DNA from: Candidatus Iainarchaeum sp.
Lineage (GTDB): Archaea; Iainarchaeota; Iainarchaeia; Iainarchaeales; JACQJH01
Assembly: GCA_016205145.1 (NCBI GenBank)
Contig: JACQJH010000001.1
Coordinates: 210,001 to 242,000, forward strand
Reading direction: 5' to 3'
Length of the DNA: 32,000 nt
Positions 30,928-32,000 of this stretch are shown in pieces. Positions within the stretch are counted from its first letter, which is position 1; the number at the start of each line of letters is the position of its first letter. The translations under genes and the position numbers were made by a program. A model generated the notes under the pieces. It did no database searches, was not told the origin of the DNA, and worked only from the letters and a program-made list of their open reading frames with translations.

Positions 30928-31021
30928 GCTTTTCCAAAAAGCCCCGGCTGGGAAAATTTAATAACTGTTCGAGGTTTTAGTCAATAAACGAAGGCCGATG
31001 ATGACCAGGCTGAGATTTGAG

Positions 31022-31094
31022 AGCCGCTTTCGTCCGGCTGGTTCGACGCCCCATGCCAATTTCATTCGCATGGGGCTGCGCGCTGTTGCGCGGG
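31022..31094 (+). repeat. Hairpin-module repeat, locus H.
   Basis: AGCCG-CTTTCGTC-CGGCTGGTTCG, then GCCCCATGC-...-GCATGGGGC, then TGCGCGC-TGTT-GCGCGGG. It lies downstream of asd. Confidence 0.6.
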
Positions 31095-31203
31095 AACTGC
31101 CTGAAAGCGCTTGATGAAGAATCGTTATGAGTGCCGAGGCTTTCGCTTTATTGGCGGTTTGAATGGTTCATTGGCCTGCAAGACATGATATTTTTCTTCT
31201 GAC

Positions 31204-32000
31204 TCAGCCAAGAAAGCCCTTTGCCTTAAGCAATTCCGCGTTCAGGATTCCGCCGCCGGCAGCGCCCCTGCCCGTGTTATGCGACAATCCGACGAACCTG
31301 AAGTCGAAGACCTTGCATTCGCGCAGCCTGCCGACCGAAACAGCCATGCCTTTTTCGGCATCCCTGTCCTTGCGCGGCTGCGGCCTGTTTTCCTCGAACC
31401 TGTAAATGATGGGCTGTTTGGGCGCGAAAGGCAATTTCAATTCCTGCGGCTCCGCCTTGAAATCCTGCCAGATCTTGATTATCTGTTCCTTCGAGGGCTT
31501 CTTGTCCTTGAATTCGATGCTCACGCAAGCAGTGTGCCCGTCGATTACGGGAACGCGGTTGCAGTGCGCGGAAATTTTGATGCTCTTGTCGTAAACGAAT
31601 TTGCCGTTTTCAATCTTTCCCAGAATCTTTTCAGGCTCGCACTCCGATTTTTCCTCTTCCCCGCCGATATAGGGAACGACATTGTCAATCAGGTCAAGCG
31701 ACGGCACGCCGGGATAGCCCGCGCCTGACGCTGCCTGCATTGTAGTGATAATCATTTTGCTTGCCTTGAACCCCGCTTGCTGCAACGCATGCACCGGCGT
31801 GAGATAGCTTTGCAGGGAACAATTTGGTTTGACCGCAATGAACCCCTTCACGAATCCGCGGTTTTTCTTCTGCACCGGAATTATTTTTATGTGCTCCGCA
31901 TTGATTTCCGGAATGAGCATTGGAATGTCGTCGGTATGTCTGTGCGCGCTCGCATTCGAAACAACGGGGATGTCGTGCCTCGCATACTCTATTTCAAGCG
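31204..32000 (-). CDS. asd: Aspartate-semialdehyde dehydrogenase. The C-terminal two-thirds are in the window; the 5' end lies beyond it.
   Basis: The track ORF 31204-31920 stays open upstream to 32000 (...EIEYARHDIPVVSNASAHRHTDDIPMLIPEINAEH...). Motifs: QAASGAGYPG and SAHCNRVPVIDGH. Confidence 0.9.
   Translation of the reverse strand, partial: LEIEYARHDIPVVSNASAHRHTDDIPMLIPEINAEHIKIIPVQKKNRGFVKGFIAVKPNCSLQSYLTPVHALQQAGFKASKMIITTMQAASGAGYPGVPSLDLIDNVVPYIGGEEEKSECEPEKILGKIENGKFVYDKSIKISAHCNRVPVIDGHTACVSIEFKDKKPSKEQIIKIWQDFKAEPQELKLPFAPKQPIIYRFEENRPQPRKDRDAEKGMAVSVGRLRECKVFDFRFVGLSHNTGRGAAGGGILNAELLKAKGFLG

Noticed and set aside
30997-31013. C/D-box-like motifs (GATGATGA ... CTGA) downstream of asd, with a further TGATGAAG at about 31112.
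   Set aside because: The C-to-D' spacing is only 5 nt. No properly spaced guide regions or terminal stem exist, and the next CTGA is about 100 nt away. This is not a credible archaeal C/D sRNA.

Overview
The window looks archaeal and is probably from a small-genome, DPANN/Micrarchaeota-like lineage; that lineage call is inference. Support: a digeranylgeranylglycerophospholipid (geranylgeranyl) reductase, BRE/TATA-type promoters (AAACCTTTAAA-like), a tRNA-Tyr with the archaeal C1-G72 pair, and three intron-containing tRNAs. All calls come from reading the sequence and recognising motifs by eye; no searches were run.

Coding content is about 35 mostly housekeeping or membrane genes:
- Enzymes and transporters: geranylgeranyl reductase, a SAM methyltransferase, TspO, an EamA transporter, an ABC-2 exporter pair, a Cys/Met-metabolism PLP enzyme, a K+-independent H+-pyrophosphatase, a U32 peptidase and a partial Asd.
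- Membrane, surface and RNA-related proteins: a DUF4139 protein, an SdpI-like protein, an MsrQ-like heme membrane protein, a DEAD-box helicase, a PAP2 phosphatase and a GT39/ArnT-like glycosyltransferase.
- Accessory items: HicB/HicA, a DUF2283 plus PBECR/DUF4258-like pair, a class II Fic protein and a free-standing LAGLIDADG endonuclease.

The most unusual content is non-coding:
1. Five tRNAs sit on the minus strand. Asp carries an 89-nt intron, Tyr an 85-nt intron, and Glu two introns; Asp and Tyr also have non-U55 T-loops.
2. A mosaic family of GC-rich hairpin modules has at least 8 loci. It fills tRNA trailers and leaders and 3' intergenic gaps, with stem covariation and exact matches of 16-36 nt between distant loci.
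3. The stop codon of the LAGLIDADG ORF lies inside the first 15 nt of tRNA-Glu.

A divergent gene pair is the best protein-level candidate for an undescribed module. It joins an ArsR-type regulator with a DUF4430-like C-terminus to a surface protein built as DUF4430 + alpha/alpha-toroid repeats + a CARDB-like domain, i.e. transcobalamin-like parts.

Two real ORFs are missing from the supplied track: an edge-truncated secreted protein at 1-659 (-) and a 52-aa CxxC-x17-CxxC zinc ribbon at 16757-16915 (-).
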